A DNA stretch of 64,000 bases from Candidatus Latescibacterota bacterium (GTDB taxonomy: Bacteria; Latescibacterota; UBA2968), in NCBI GenBank assembly GCA_965222605.1, contig OZ244960.1, forward strand, positions 5,952,001-6,016,000. The letters run 5' to 3'. This document shows positions 10,000 to 19,403 of this stretch, piece by piece (positions within the stretch are counted from its first letter, which is position 1; every line of letters begins with the position of its first letter). The translations under genes were made by a program, and so were the position numbers. The notes beneath the pieces were generated by a model, which was not told the origin of the DNA, did not search any database, and worked only from the letters and a program-made list of their open reading frames with translations.

Positions 10000-10698
10000 T
10001 TGAAAGGGGTAAGAACATTTGGCCTTGTGAGTTTATGTTTCCTCTTGCTGGCGCCCGCAGCGCCGGCTCAAGAGCAAAGGTGGGGGCTGGGTGGGTTCGG
10101 AAGTCTGCAGGTGCCCATCTTTGGCTTCCGGGATCGATTCGGGGAGATGGGGAAGGTCGGAGCGACCCTGATCTATACTTCCAGTTCGCAAAAGGTCTTC
10201 GAGCTGGAATATCACTACGCCAAGGCCGGTAGCGGGCAATTGGAGGATCGGGGATTCTTCTGGGCGATCGACAAACAGCTCCACCCGAGTCCCAACGCGA
10301 AATCCGACATCACCTTTAACAACTTTCTCATCAACACCCTTTTCTTTTTATGGAAGGAGGTAGATCTTTCCTCACCCGGTGCCAGGCCGTATCTGGCCCT
10401 CGGGGCGGGGTTCTACAATTACTCGTCTAAAGTTTCGGGATTGATCTTCCCCGAGCAGGTGGCCGCTACGCTAGACCCGAACTTCCAGTTAGAGCCGACG
10501 GAGGATACACGTACGGCTCTGGGAGTCAACTTCGGGATCGGCGTACAGTACTTTTTCAGCGATAAGGTGGCACTGGACATTCGGGGCCGGTATAACCTGA
10601 TTATGGGAGAGTTGCGGCCGTTTGAACTCTGGGGGGTGAAGAAGACGTTTCCGTTCAATCTAATCGACATTGGAATGGGTCTGAAGGCGTATTTCTAA
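10000..10698 (+). CDS. Outer-membrane beta-barrel protein (8-stranded type)
   Basis: AGGAGG RBS with TTG start, signal peptide, PYLALGAG strand, C-terminal YF. Confidence 0.8.
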   Translation: MKGVRTFGLVSLCFLLLAPAAPAQEQRWGLGGFGSLQVPIFGFRDRFGEMGKVGATLIYTSSSQKVFELEYHYAKAGSGQLEDRGFFWAIDKQLHPSPNAKSDITFNNFLINTLFFLWKEVDLSSPGARPYLALGAGFYNYSSKVSGLIFPEQVAATLDPNFQLEPTEDTRTALGVNFGIGVQYFFSDKVALDIRGRYNLIMGELRPFELWGVKKTFPFNLIDIGMGLKAYF

Positions 10699-10741
10699 AA
10701 GATCCAGCCGGGATAGGTCTCCATTTTATAAGGAGGTTGGT

Positions 10742-13700
10742 ATGAGCAGGTCGTTCGCTTTAGGAATATTTGGTCTTGCCCTGGTGTTTGCGATGGCCAT
10801 CTGTGGCGCTGGGCCGGTCTTTGCCGGGACGGATGGGAAGATCACAGGGAAGGTGGCCGATCAGAACGGCGAGGCGCTGCCAGGGGTGAATGTGGTGCTG
10901 GAGGGGACCAATCGGGGTGCAAGCACCGGCCCAGACGGGAGATACTTCATTCTTTCAGTCGCTCCCGGGAGTTATTCGATGACAGCCTCTATCGTCGGAT
11001 ATACAAAGCAGACGATGACGGAGGTGGAGGCCAGGGCGGACTTTACCACCACGGTGGACTTTACGTTAAACGAAGCTGAGTTGGCGCTGGCTGAGATTAC
11101 CGTTGTTTCAGAGCGGCCGGCAGTGGAGCCGGACAAGGTGGTGAGCAAATATGTGGTGGGCCTTGAAGAGATCGCCATGGTCCCCATGGTCCGGAATGTG
11201 GCCGATCTGGTGGAACTCCAGCCGGGCGTTGACCTGGACGGCAACAACGTCATCCGGGGCGGTTCTGCGGTTGCGGGGTCGAGCACCGGAGCCCCTGGTG
11301 GAATTGACGTCAATTACATCGTGGACGGCATCCGGCTGTCCGCCAAAGGCGGGCCGGGGGATCGGGCGTTTTCGAAATTCAACAAAAGTGCGGTGCAGGA
11401 GTTCACAGTGATCACAGGTGGGATGGCGGCGGAGTACGGTGACGTGCAGGCCGGAGTGATCAACGTGGTGGTCCGCGAAGGGAGCAAGGATTACCACGGC
11501 AGTGGGGAGTACCGGGCCATTCTGCCGGGGAAGAAGCACTGGGGGGTGAACGTTTACGACCACCCGATCCACCGAGATCGCATGCGCTGGAACGATCCGG
11601 CCTGGGCCAACGAACTGCATGCCCTCACGGGCGAGCCCTTCCACATGCGGGAAGATTACACCGGGCTCTGGGGTCATTTTGCCGAGGGGAGTTTTTCGGG
11701 ACCACTGACGAAAAAGGGGTCTTTTTTCCTGTCCACCGCTTACATTGGGGAGCCTGCGACATTCCCCGGGCCGACGAATCGGGGATTCAGGGGGTTTCCC
11801 GAAGCGCTGACTATCAATATGTCGAAGCAGTTCATCTATTCGGATTTCAACATCCAGAACCAGTGGAAATTAGGGTGGGACGTCACGCCCGACCTGCGGC
11901 TGAAGACCGGGGGGTTCTTCGAACGCCACAAAGCGCCCTTTACGCTGAGTTATTGGGGCCGGATTTCGTGGACCGGACAATTTCGGGGGTCCTCTTTCTG
12001 GGATCCTACCAGAATCCGGGACAGCTACCGGGATATCTTCATTCCCCGGGATATGCATAACGGGATGCAGATCAACCGGAATAATATGCTCTACCTTTCG
12101 ATGACCCATATGCTTACTCCCAAGACGTTTTACGAATTGAAGATCTCCCAGTATTCGAATGTGCAGGATAGCACCGGGGTGAGATGGGATGGGTTTACGC
12201 GTTATCCCAGAAGTGAGCGCAGGGCGGCATGGCGCCCGCGCTACGACAACGACGAGTGGTTCATGACTTACTGGACTGCGCCCAATTACTCGATCGGCGA
12301 GCAGATCCGGCAGACCCTCAAGTTCGACCTTTCGAGCCAGGTGACCGAAGGGCACTTTATCAAGACCGGCCTGGAGATTACCCGGTACGGCGTGTGGTGG
12401 GTCAACACCTACAACGGTCTGACAACGAGTGAAGTGACCCGGTATATCTCAGAACTGGGCGTGGATGCCGGAGATGGCAGGACGAACATCTTCGGTTACA
12501 ACCCCAACTCCGTGCTCCACCCCTGGCAGTCGGCCTGGTATATCCAGGACAAGATGGAGTTCGAAGGGATGGTCGTCAACGTCGGGGTGCGGTATGATCG
12601 GTGGGACCATAACACCTACCATACGCCGATCCCAATGGCGGCCTACGGCAAAGGGCCGATGATTGAGGCGGGGCGTGTCGGGACGGGCTGGCCGGGGGCG
12701 GTGTTCTACGGCCTGCCGGATACCGACCCGGAGAAGGACCTTCCCAACGTGCCGCTGGTGAGGCTGGGGCACATCCAGGCGTGGAGTCCCAGGCTGGGGA
12801 TCTCGCACCCGATCACGGCCAATGCCGCAGTGCACTACTCCTATGGCATCTTCCGTCAGACCCCCACCTTCTGGGATATGTACGGGTGGTCCACCCGGCA
12901 GAACAGAGGTCTGGACTTCGACAGGGATGGAGATCGGGAGACGAACGTGGAGGAGATGTTTGCGGCCAACGAACTCGGCGTACCTTTCGGCAGCCCCTTC
13001 GACACGGATGGAAACCGGCTGATGCCTTTTCCGACCACGACGAGTTTCGAAGTGGGTATGGACTGGAACTTCCTCCGGGACTACACATTGCGTTCGGCTG
13101 TCTATTATAAGAGTGCCAAGAACCAGATGACGAACGCCCGTAGCCGGTTCTGGGATCCAGCCGGAGAGGGGCGTGCGTACGGTGGGATCACCCTGGCCGC
13201 CAACGGGCACTCCGATACCCGGGGGTTTGAGATGGGGCTCAGGAAACGGTTCAGTGATAACTTCTCCTTCCAGATTTCCTTCAACCAGATGTGGGCCACC
13301 TCAGCCAGCCGGAACGGCGACATGCGGGATCAGACGGTACAGTTTTTACCGGACTCGACCTTTATCGTGTCGGAGTATTACTGGTGGGACCGGCAGTTTG
13401 TGGACACCAACGGGGATGGGGTGCTGGACGACGTGGAGCCGGTGTTTCTGAGCGAAGCGGAGAAGCGAAACCTGGGGCATAAGGCCAACGAGCGTATCCG
13501 GTCGCTGCAAAACGGCACGGCCGGCGACTTCGATCCTTCACAGTCCACGCCGCCCGAGCTTGTGGTTGATGAGGACTACGGGAAGATCTACCTGTGGCAG
13601 GCGTTGAAAAAGGTGAACCGAGCTTCCGGCATCCAGCAGGGTCAGGGCACCATCGGATCGGATCGGCACAGTACGGGTAGCGTTCAGTTTTTCTTCTCCA

Positions 13701-14185
13701 CCCCTCCCGATTTCGGTCCAAAGACAGGGAAGCTGTCCCTGCTGGGGAATATCCGGGCGAACCTGGTCTACCGGATCAGGTCAGGCCGCGCCTACGGGTA
13801 CACGCCTCCAACCGTTATCGGGACACGGCTGGAGGGCGGTCAGTCCCGTTCTGTGGCGACGCACGAGATCACGTTTGAGGGGCAGGAGGCCGAGACGAGG
13901 TCCGGCCCCTTCAGCACGCGCACCGATCTCTTGTTTGAGAAGCTGTTCAGCGTGCGAGGAGAGACGACCACGAGCCTGTTTGTGAACGTCGCCAACCTCT
14001 TCAACCAGCGGGACCTATCACAGCTGTCCAGCCTTGCCTTCAACGGCTCGGATTATACCAGCATGGGACTGGACAGGCCCCGGCCCGACGACAAGAATTA
14101 TTTGAAATGGGGCGACGATTACCAGACCATCCGGTACGAAGGACAGCCGAGGCAGGTGGAGGTCGGGTTCAGAGTCTCCTTTTAA
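10742..14185 (+). CDS. TonB-dependent receptor with N-terminal carboxypeptidase-regulatory-like domain
   Basis: GKITGKV.D..GEALPGVNV, plug motif TGG..AEYG...GVINVV, SPRLGISHPI, C-terminal PRQVEVGFRVSF. Confidence 0.92.
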   Translation: MSRSFALGIFGLALVFAMAICGAGPVFAGTDGKITGKVADQNGEALPGVNVVLEGTNRGASTGPDGRYFILSVAPGSYSMTASIVGYTKQTMTEVEARADFTTTVDFTLNEAELALAEITVVSERPAVEPDKVVSKYVVGLEEIAMVPMVRNVADLVELQPGVDLDGNNVIRGGSAVAGSSTGAPGGIDVNYIVDGIRLSAKGGPGDRAFSKFNKSAVQEFTVITGGMAAEYGDVQAGVINVVVREGSKDYHGSGEYRAILPGKKHWGVNVYDHPIHRDRMRWNDPAWANELHALTGEPFHMREDYTGLWGHFAEGSFSGPLTKKGSFFLSTAYIGEPATFPGPTNRGFRGFPEALTINMSKQFIYSDFNIQNQWKLGWDVTPDLRLKTGGFFERHKAPFTLSYWGRISWTGQFRGSSFWDPTRIRDSYRDIFIPRDMHNGMQINRNNMLYLSMTHMLTPKTFYELKISQYSNVQDSTGVRWDGFTRYPRSERRAAWRPRYDNDEWFMTYWTAPNYSIGEQIRQTLKFDLSSQVTEGHFIKTGLEITRYGVWWVNTYNGLTTSEVTRYISELGVDAGDGRTNIFGYNPNSVLHPWQSAWYIQDKMEFEGMVVNVGVRYDRWDHNTYHTPIPMAAYGKGPMIEAGRVGTGWPGAVFYGLPDTDPEKDLPNVPLVRLGHIQAWSPRLGISHPITANAAVHYSYGIFRQTPTFWDMYGWSTRQNRGLDFDRDGDRETNVEEMFAANELGVPFGSPFDTDGNRLMPFPTTTSFEVGMDWNFLRDYTLRSAVYYKSAKNQMTNARSRFWDPAGEGRAYGGITLAANGHSDTRGFEMGLRKRFSDNFSFQISFNQMWATSASRNGDMRDQTVQFLPDSTFIVSEYYWWDRQFVDTNGDGVLDDVEPVFLSEAEKRNLGHKANERIRSLQNGTAGDFDPSQSTPPELVVDEDYGKIYLWQALKKVNRASGIQQGQGTIGSDRHSTGSVQFFFSTPPDFGPKTGKLSLLGNIRANLVYRIRSGRAYGYTPPTVIGTRLEGGQSRSVATHEITFEGQEAETRSGPFSTRTDLLFEKLFSVRGETTTSLFVNVANLFNQRDLSQLSSLAFNGSDYTSMGLDRPRPDDKNYLKWGDDYQTIRYEGQPRQVEVGFRVSF

Positions 14186-14223
14186 GGGCGCTTCGTGGCT
14201 CTGGTTTGCTTCTGAGCAGTGCA

Positions 14224-14270
14224 GGATGGAGGTCGTTACCGACCTCCATCCCCGCTCTCTGTTTTTGTTT
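14224..14270 (+). terminator. Strong intergenic stem-loop (terminator or mRNA-stabilising hairpin)
   Basis: GGATGGAGGTCG-ttac-CGACCTCCATCC, a perfect 12-bp stem, with a T-rich tract downstream. Confidence 0.65.
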
Positions 14271-14311
14271 GAGAATGTGTATCCATTCCAGGTGGAAAGG
14301 AGGAAACGGCC

Positions 14312-16687
14312 GTGATGCCTAAGACACTCATCGGTATTTTTACCAGCGTTGCTGTAATTCTGGCGCTTTGTCCCGATCCCGGCTGGTCCCAGCAGCAGTA
14401 CATGACGCGGGGGCAGCTATGGGTCGAGACCTTCAATGTGGGGCATGGGGCTTTCAGGTATGAGGAACGCAAGATATGCGGCTCGCTCGGGTTGATGTAT
14501 CCGGGATCGTCGGGAGGTGTGGGGGGCGGCTGCGTAGATGAGAACGCATTCATGGATTTCTGGGGGATCCGCCAGGAGAACGACACGGCTTACAACACGA
14601 GCCTGGCGGAGTCGTTTTGGATCCTGTCGAAAGAGGAGAATCCAGTCTTCGCCCCGGAGACCCCTGCCGACCAGCGGCCGGTTCCTCGACACCAAATCTC
14701 GATGAGGGGGCCTTCGTTCGGTCCTCCGAAGGGGATGGGCGGAGGTCCGTTGCACGTCTCGTATCACATGGCACGGGAGAAGGATCTGGGCAGGGAGACG
14801 GGACGCCTCCATACCTACTGGCCCGGTACCCCCTATGTGGATGAGTTTGGTAAACCGACCAGAAACGTATTTATCGCGAATTTTTCACCTGGCGAGTACC
14901 CCACCGACGGCTTTGCCGAGGAGATCCGCATCCGCAGCTTCGGCAACGGCATCGGTCTAACCGGGATCGCCAGGACGATGTTGTGGAGCTACCAGGACTG
15001 GGACGATTTTGTCATTGACGAGATCATCATTACGAACACATCGCGGGATAGCATCGACGATGAAGGCAACATGGTGTTCAACCCGGATGGGACCATCATG
15101 CCCAGGGCCAGCTATGCCGGGACGACCTTCGACGAGGTCTATCTGGTGTTCGAGAACGAGTTCGCGGTCTCCGAGGTCGGGCACTCCTGGATCCATCGGG
15201 CCGACTATGGCGACCTTCATCCTCGTCTTGCCGACGACCACTACAGGTATACGGATGCGCCGAACTACGACGGGCCGTCCGAGTATGCAGGCCGAAAGGT
15301 CTCCTACCAGTGGGACGGGGACCTGCCGCTGAGCTTCTGGAACGATGAAGGTGAGCCGTTCATCTTTGCGGTGGCGCAGAAGAGTCTCGTGGCCGAAGGC
15401 CTGCGCACGGACGGGCAACTCCAGGCATTTCAATACATGGGCTTTGCGCCTGTCGTCTGGATGCCGCCGTTTGTAAACGACCCGGAGGACTACGTGGCGC
15501 CTCAGGGGGATCAACCGTCGATCGTCCACTGGTGGGACTTCCCCGATTTCCCGCGCAATGAGATCCCGCGTCTGCCGTTCATCTCCGACGAGGAGGGCTA
15601 CAACGCCATTGTGAATACCTCTGTACCGATCAGGCCGAATCCGACGGAGATCGGGCGGGTGGCGCATGCCCATGTTTTCGGCCCCTACCGGCTGGAGCCC
15701 GGACAGAAGCTCAAACTCGTTGTGGCCTTTGCCGGCGGCACCGGGGCGGAGTTTGCTGGCCCCGGCGGGGAGCCGATGGATATCTACGAGTGGGCCAGGC
15801 TTGGAAACCAGGACCAGCTCAAAGATGGCGAGAGGGCGCTGTTTGCGCACATTGAGCGGGCCGGGACGGCCTACCGGGCAGGCTACGATCTGCCGGATCC
15901 GCCGCCCGATGTGGAGGTGGCCATAGGGCCCAGTCCGGAGGGCACCAACCGGCTCACCTGGAACGACGACGCAGACGATGCCCTGGACCCCGACTACACC
16001 GGTTCAGAAGCCCAGGACGTGGCCGCTTATCGGGTTTACCGGTCCACGGAGCGACATCTGGGACCATGGGAGATGATTAAGGAGATCCGGGTGAAGGAAT
16101 CCCCCTACCACGATGCGGGCACCTACACCTACGACGACGAGACGTCAGCGGCCGGGTTCGCCTATTGGTATTCGGTTCGATCGGTGGACAGCGGGCATCA
16201 GACGTGGAGTAACGACGACGGAAGCGTAACGCTTGCAGACCTGCCGGAGATCGTGCAGAAGCATGTTAAGGCGGGGCTGGAGAGTGGGAAGGTGTCACCC
16301 GAACAGCGAGGGGTGAACAATACTCTGCTTTCTGTCAGCCCGGTGCTGCCCAGCAGCGTGGAGCGGGATCAGCTTGCCAGAGAAGTACTGGTGGTGCCCA
16401 ACCCGTTCAAGGTGGAAGGGGGTAACCCGCACAATTACAAAGGCAGCGATAAGATCCGGTTTGTGAATATTCCCAGGAAGGCCAGGATTTCCATTTTTTC
16501 AACTTTCGGAGATCTCATTAAGGTGCTGGAGCACGACGATCCCGCCAGGGGCGAGGTCGAGTGGGATCAGATCACGTTGAACCGCTCGGGGAGGATTTCT
16601 ACGGGGATCTACTACTATGTAGTCGAATCCCTGATGCCCGGGGAGGAGGGGAAGAAGCAGACCGGGACATTTGTGGTTATCCGATAA
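14312..16687 (+). CDS. Exported protein with FN3 domain and T9SS-CTD/FlgD-Ig-like C-terminal domain
   Basis: Signal peptide. FN3 pattern LTW...YRVYRS...YWYSV. C-terminal VVPNPF...IRFVNIP...ISIFS..GDLIK...WD...GIYYYVV. Confidence 0.8.
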   Translation: MMPKTLIGIFTSVAVILALCPDPGWSQQQYMTRGQLWVETFNVGHGAFRYEERKICGSLGLMYPGSSGGVGGGCVDENAFMDFWGIRQENDTAYNTSLAESFWILSKEENPVFAPETPADQRPVPRHQISMRGPSFGPPKGMGGGPLHVSYHMAREKDLGRETGRLHTYWPGTPYVDEFGKPTRNVFIANFSPGEYPTDGFAEEIRIRSFGNGIGLTGIARTMLWSYQDWDDFVIDEIIITNTSRDSIDDEGNMVFNPDGTIMPRASYAGTTFDEVYLVFENEFAVSEVGHSWIHRADYGDLHPRLADDHYRYTDAPNYDGPSEYAGRKVSYQWDGDLPLSFWNDEGEPFIFAVAQKSLVAEGLRTDGQLQAFQYMGFAPVVWMPPFVNDPEDYVAPQGDQPSIVHWWDFPDFPRNEIPRLPFISDEEGYNAIVNTSVPIRPNPTEIGRVAHAHVFGPYRLEPGQKLKLVVAFAGGTGAEFAGPGGEPMDIYEWARLGNQDQLKDGERALFAHIERAGTAYRAGYDLPDPPPDVEVAIGPSPEGTNRLTWNDDADDALDPDYTGSEAQDVAAYRVYRSTERHLGPWEMIKEIRVKESPYHDAGTYTYDDETSAAGFAYWYSVRSVDSGHQTWSNDDGSVTLADLPEIVQKHVKAGLESGKVSPEQRGVNNTLLSVSPVLPSSVERDQLAREVLVVPNPFKVEGGNPHNYKGSDKIRFVNIPRKARISIFSTFGDLIKVLEHDDPARGEVEWDQITLNRSGRISTGIYYYVVESLMPGEEGKKQTGTFVVIR

Positions 16688-16708
16688 CGAGGTCAGGAGG
16701 TCAGACAC

Positions 16709-17653
16709 ATGTACAAGAGATTTATTTCAGGAATTTTGATCATTGCCGTTTTCGGGCTGCTGTCTGTCTCTATGGCCGAGGCGGGATTCAAGAAACTGGG
16801 GCTGGCCGGGTTCTCGTTTTTAAAGATTACACAGGCGGCACGGCCCGCTGCGATGGCGGATGCATATACGGCTGTGGTGGACGATGTCAATGCCCTCTAT
16901 TCAAATCCTGCGGGGCTACCGCGCATCCGCGCCAGAGAGTTCACTTTCTCCTACAACAGCTGGATCGCCAACACCAAGATCTATGCGGTCGGTTTGGGGT
17001 GGAAGCTGGGAACACATGCCGTGGGGCTGCATGTGCTCAGTTTTCAACCGGAATCAATCGTGCTCACGACGCCGGAGAAACCGGACGGCAGCCTGGGGCG
17101 GGTGAGTATCGGTTCGGTCGTGGTGGCCGGGACATATGCGATCCAGTTTACGGACAAGTTCTCTTTCGGGGTGCAGGGCAAGTTTGTGCAGGAAGACCTG
17201 TACCTGGACAAGAACCGGACGTTCGATGTGGATCTGGGGATGCTGTTCTACACTGGGTTCAGGAGCTCGCGGATTGCGATGTCGTTGAAGAACCTTGGTC
17301 CGGATGAGACGGTGAACACCGAAAGTTTCTTTTCTCCGATTGTCTTCAATGTCGCAGCGGCGATGGAGGTATATGGGAAGGTAGAAGATCCGGTATATTT
17401 GACAGTGGCAGCGGAAAATGTGTTTGCCATCGATTACGAGCAGCGGTTCCATGCAGGAGGAGAACTGTGGTTGGCTAATACGCTGGCGTTACGGGCGGGG
17501 TATAAGTTCAATTACGATGCGGAGACATTCAGCGTGGGGGTGGGGTTAAAGAAGGCTTTCGGAGATCGGAAGATCGCTGTGGATTTTGCGTACACGGATT
17601 TTGGGGAACTTCTCGATGCCCCGATCCGGCTGACCGTGACCGGGAGTTTTTAA
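16709..17653 (+). CDS. PorV/PorQ family outer-membrane barrel
   Basis: FLKI...ARPAAMADAY.A..DD..ALY.NPAGL, LALRAGY, VDFAY.DFG.L, C-terminal F. Confidence 0.85.
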   Translation: MYKRFISGILIIAVFGLLSVSMAEAGFKKLGLAGFSFLKITQAARPAAMADAYTAVVDDVNALYSNPAGLPRIRAREFTFSYNSWIANTKIYAVGLGWKLGTHAVGLHVLSFQPESIVLTTPEKPDGSLGRVSIGSVVVAGTYAIQFTDKFSFGVQGKFVQEDLYLDKNRTFDVDLGMLFYTGFRSSRIAMSLKNLGPDETVNTESFFSPIVFNVAAAMEVYGKVEDPVYLTVAAENVFAIDYEQRFHAGGELWLANTLALRAGYKFNYDAETFSVGVGLKKAFGDRKIAVDFAYTDFGELLDAPIRLTVTGSF

Positions 17654-17680
17654 CTTACGGTCTTTGGTAAGGGAACTGGG

Positions 17681-17766
17681 ATGGCGGCTCTTGACCTTTC
17701 TGTCGTTGGAGGTGCGATTGAACGGTGCATCGCTCCGGGGGCTGAGAGGCTTTCGGGAGCCGCCAT
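17681..17766 (+). other. Long imperfect intergenic hairpin (86 nt)
   Basis: ATGGCGGCTCTTGA pairs with TCGGGAGCCGCCAT (14 bp, 2 GU). Inner stems CCTTTC/GAGAGG and TTGGAG/CTCCGG. Confidence 0.6.
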
Positions 17767-17787
17767 TGGCTTTAAGGAGACATCCTC

Positions 17788-19245
17788 GTGAGACCACGGA
17801 TGGCGGTTGTCGCCTGTCTTTTGGCCCTCCTTTGGGGCGATGGACGTACAGCCGGTAGCCCGACCGAGGGGGGGTTGCCGGCCGTGAGCACAGGGACGGT
17901 CCGGTTTGTGGTGGATGCCGTGTCGTTTGGGGGGTCCGCCGGTACCGCGCATGTAGAGGTTTATCTCCAGGTCTCCGGCGAAGCGCTGAGGTTTGTCGAA
18001 CAGGAGGATCGTTATCGGGCTGAATTTGAGGTTGGAATGCAGGTCCAGCAGTTCCCCAAAGGCGAGGTAGAGGTTCTTTGCGCCGACGGACAGGCGTTGA
18101 AAGGACGGGTCTGGGAGCGGGGCGTGGAGGTGGCCTCTCGGGATGAAGTAGAAGAAAGCGAATTGGTCGTGATGGAGGTATTTCCCCTTCGGTTTTGGCC
18201 AGGACAGTACCGGATCACCGTACGGGTGAAGGATCTAAACTCAGCCTACGAAGACACCTGTTCCGGCGTTCTGGAGGTGCCCGATTTCGAAGCGGAGCGT
18301 CTGGTAGTCAGTGACATCCAGCTTGCTTATGATATCCACAGAGCCGGACCCAGAGATCGGTTCACGAAGAATCAGATCGGCGTCCTCCCAGCTATTTCCA
18401 GACGATTCTCTCCGAGAGATTCCTTTCTCCAATGCTATTTCGAGGTCTATCACTTCGCGTTCGGTGCCGCTTCAGAGACCGATAGCTTTGACCTGGAGTT
18501 CGTCCTTTTGGACGCGTCGGACAAAGTGGTCAAGCAATACCCGGTTGTGATGCTGAAGAAGCCGGGACCGAGCGGGGTGATCACCAGTAAAGTTATGGGT
18601 GGCGGACTGGACATCGCAGACCTGCCTTCCGGCACATACACACTGAAGGCCCGTATCAGGGACAATCTGAACGGCCAGGAGGCCGAAGCGCTGAGGCAGT
18701 TCTTTATCTTCGAGCCAGGACTTGAATCCCTGAACCTGGCGTCAGATGAAGCGTCGTTAGAGCGTTATTATCGCCAGATCCAGTATATTGCTACAAATGA
18801 GGAATTGAAACGCTATCGGACGCTTGATCCTGAAGAAAAGCTGCTGTTTATTGTCCATTTCTGGATCGAACGCGATCCTACGCCGGACACACCTCAAAAC
18901 GAGTTTCTCGTCGAGCATTTCCGGAGGATCTGGTTTAGCGACGATCACTTTCAGACCCGAACAAGACAGCGAGGTTCCGATACCGATAAAGGGAGGGTTT
19001 ACATCAAATACGGCCCACCCGACGACATCGAGTATCATACGTCCGAGTTTGCCGGAAGGCCGTACGAGGTCTGGACGTATGAGCGGTATGGGTACCGTAA
19101 GTGTGTGTTTCTGGACCTGTCGGGGATCGGTGTCTTCGAACTGGTCCATTCGACCATGCCCGGAGAACTCTACAACCCGCGCTGGAAGGAAGACCACCAG
19201 ACGATGCAACAGGACAGGACCGGCGTGTTTGGACCGAGGCGTTAG
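17788..19245 (+). CDS. GWxTD domain-containing protein
   Basis: SDIQLA, FW..RDPTPDT..NEF..EH.RR, GSDTDKGRVYIKYGPPD, YEVWTY. Confidence 0.85.
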   Translation: MRPRMAVVACLLALLWGDGRTAGSPTEGGLPAVSTGTVRFVVDAVSFGGSAGTAHVEVYLQVSGEALRFVEQEDRYRAEFEVGMQVQQFPKGEVEVLCADGQALKGRVWERGVEVASRDEVEESELVVMEVFPLRFWPGQYRITVRVKDLNSAYEDTCSGVLEVPDFEAERLVVSDIQLAYDIHRAGPRDRFTKNQIGVLPAISRRFSPRDSFLQCYFEVYHFAFGAASETDSFDLEFVLLDASDKVVKQYPVVMLKKPGPSGVITSKVMGGGLDIADLPSGTYTLKARIRDNLNGQEAEALRQFFIFEPGLESLNLASDEASLERYYRQIQYIATNEELKRYRTLDPEEKLLFIVHFWIERDPTPDTPQNEFLVEHFRRIWFSDDHFQTRTRQRGSDTDKGRVYIKYGPPDDIEYHTSEFAGRPYEVWTYERYGYRKCVFLDLSGIGVFELVHSTMPGELYNPRWKEDHQTMQQDRTGVFGPRR

Positions 19246-19370
19246 GGCTTCTGGGTAGCTGGGACGCGAACTGATTGAGGTCAGTTGCCAGAAACAGGAC
19301 ATCGAGAGGGATCAACTTTTTCTGAGCAGGCGTCTCAAAACACTTGACACATTCCGTTGAATCCGGAATC

Positions 19371-19403
19371 GTAGGGGTGTAGGGCCACGCCCCTTATTTT
19401 TTT
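19371..19403 (+). terminator. GTAG-initial hairpin plus poly-T (terminator-like or REP-like)
   Basis: AGGGGTGT-agggcc-ACGCCCCT followed by TATTTTTTT. Confidence 0.5.
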
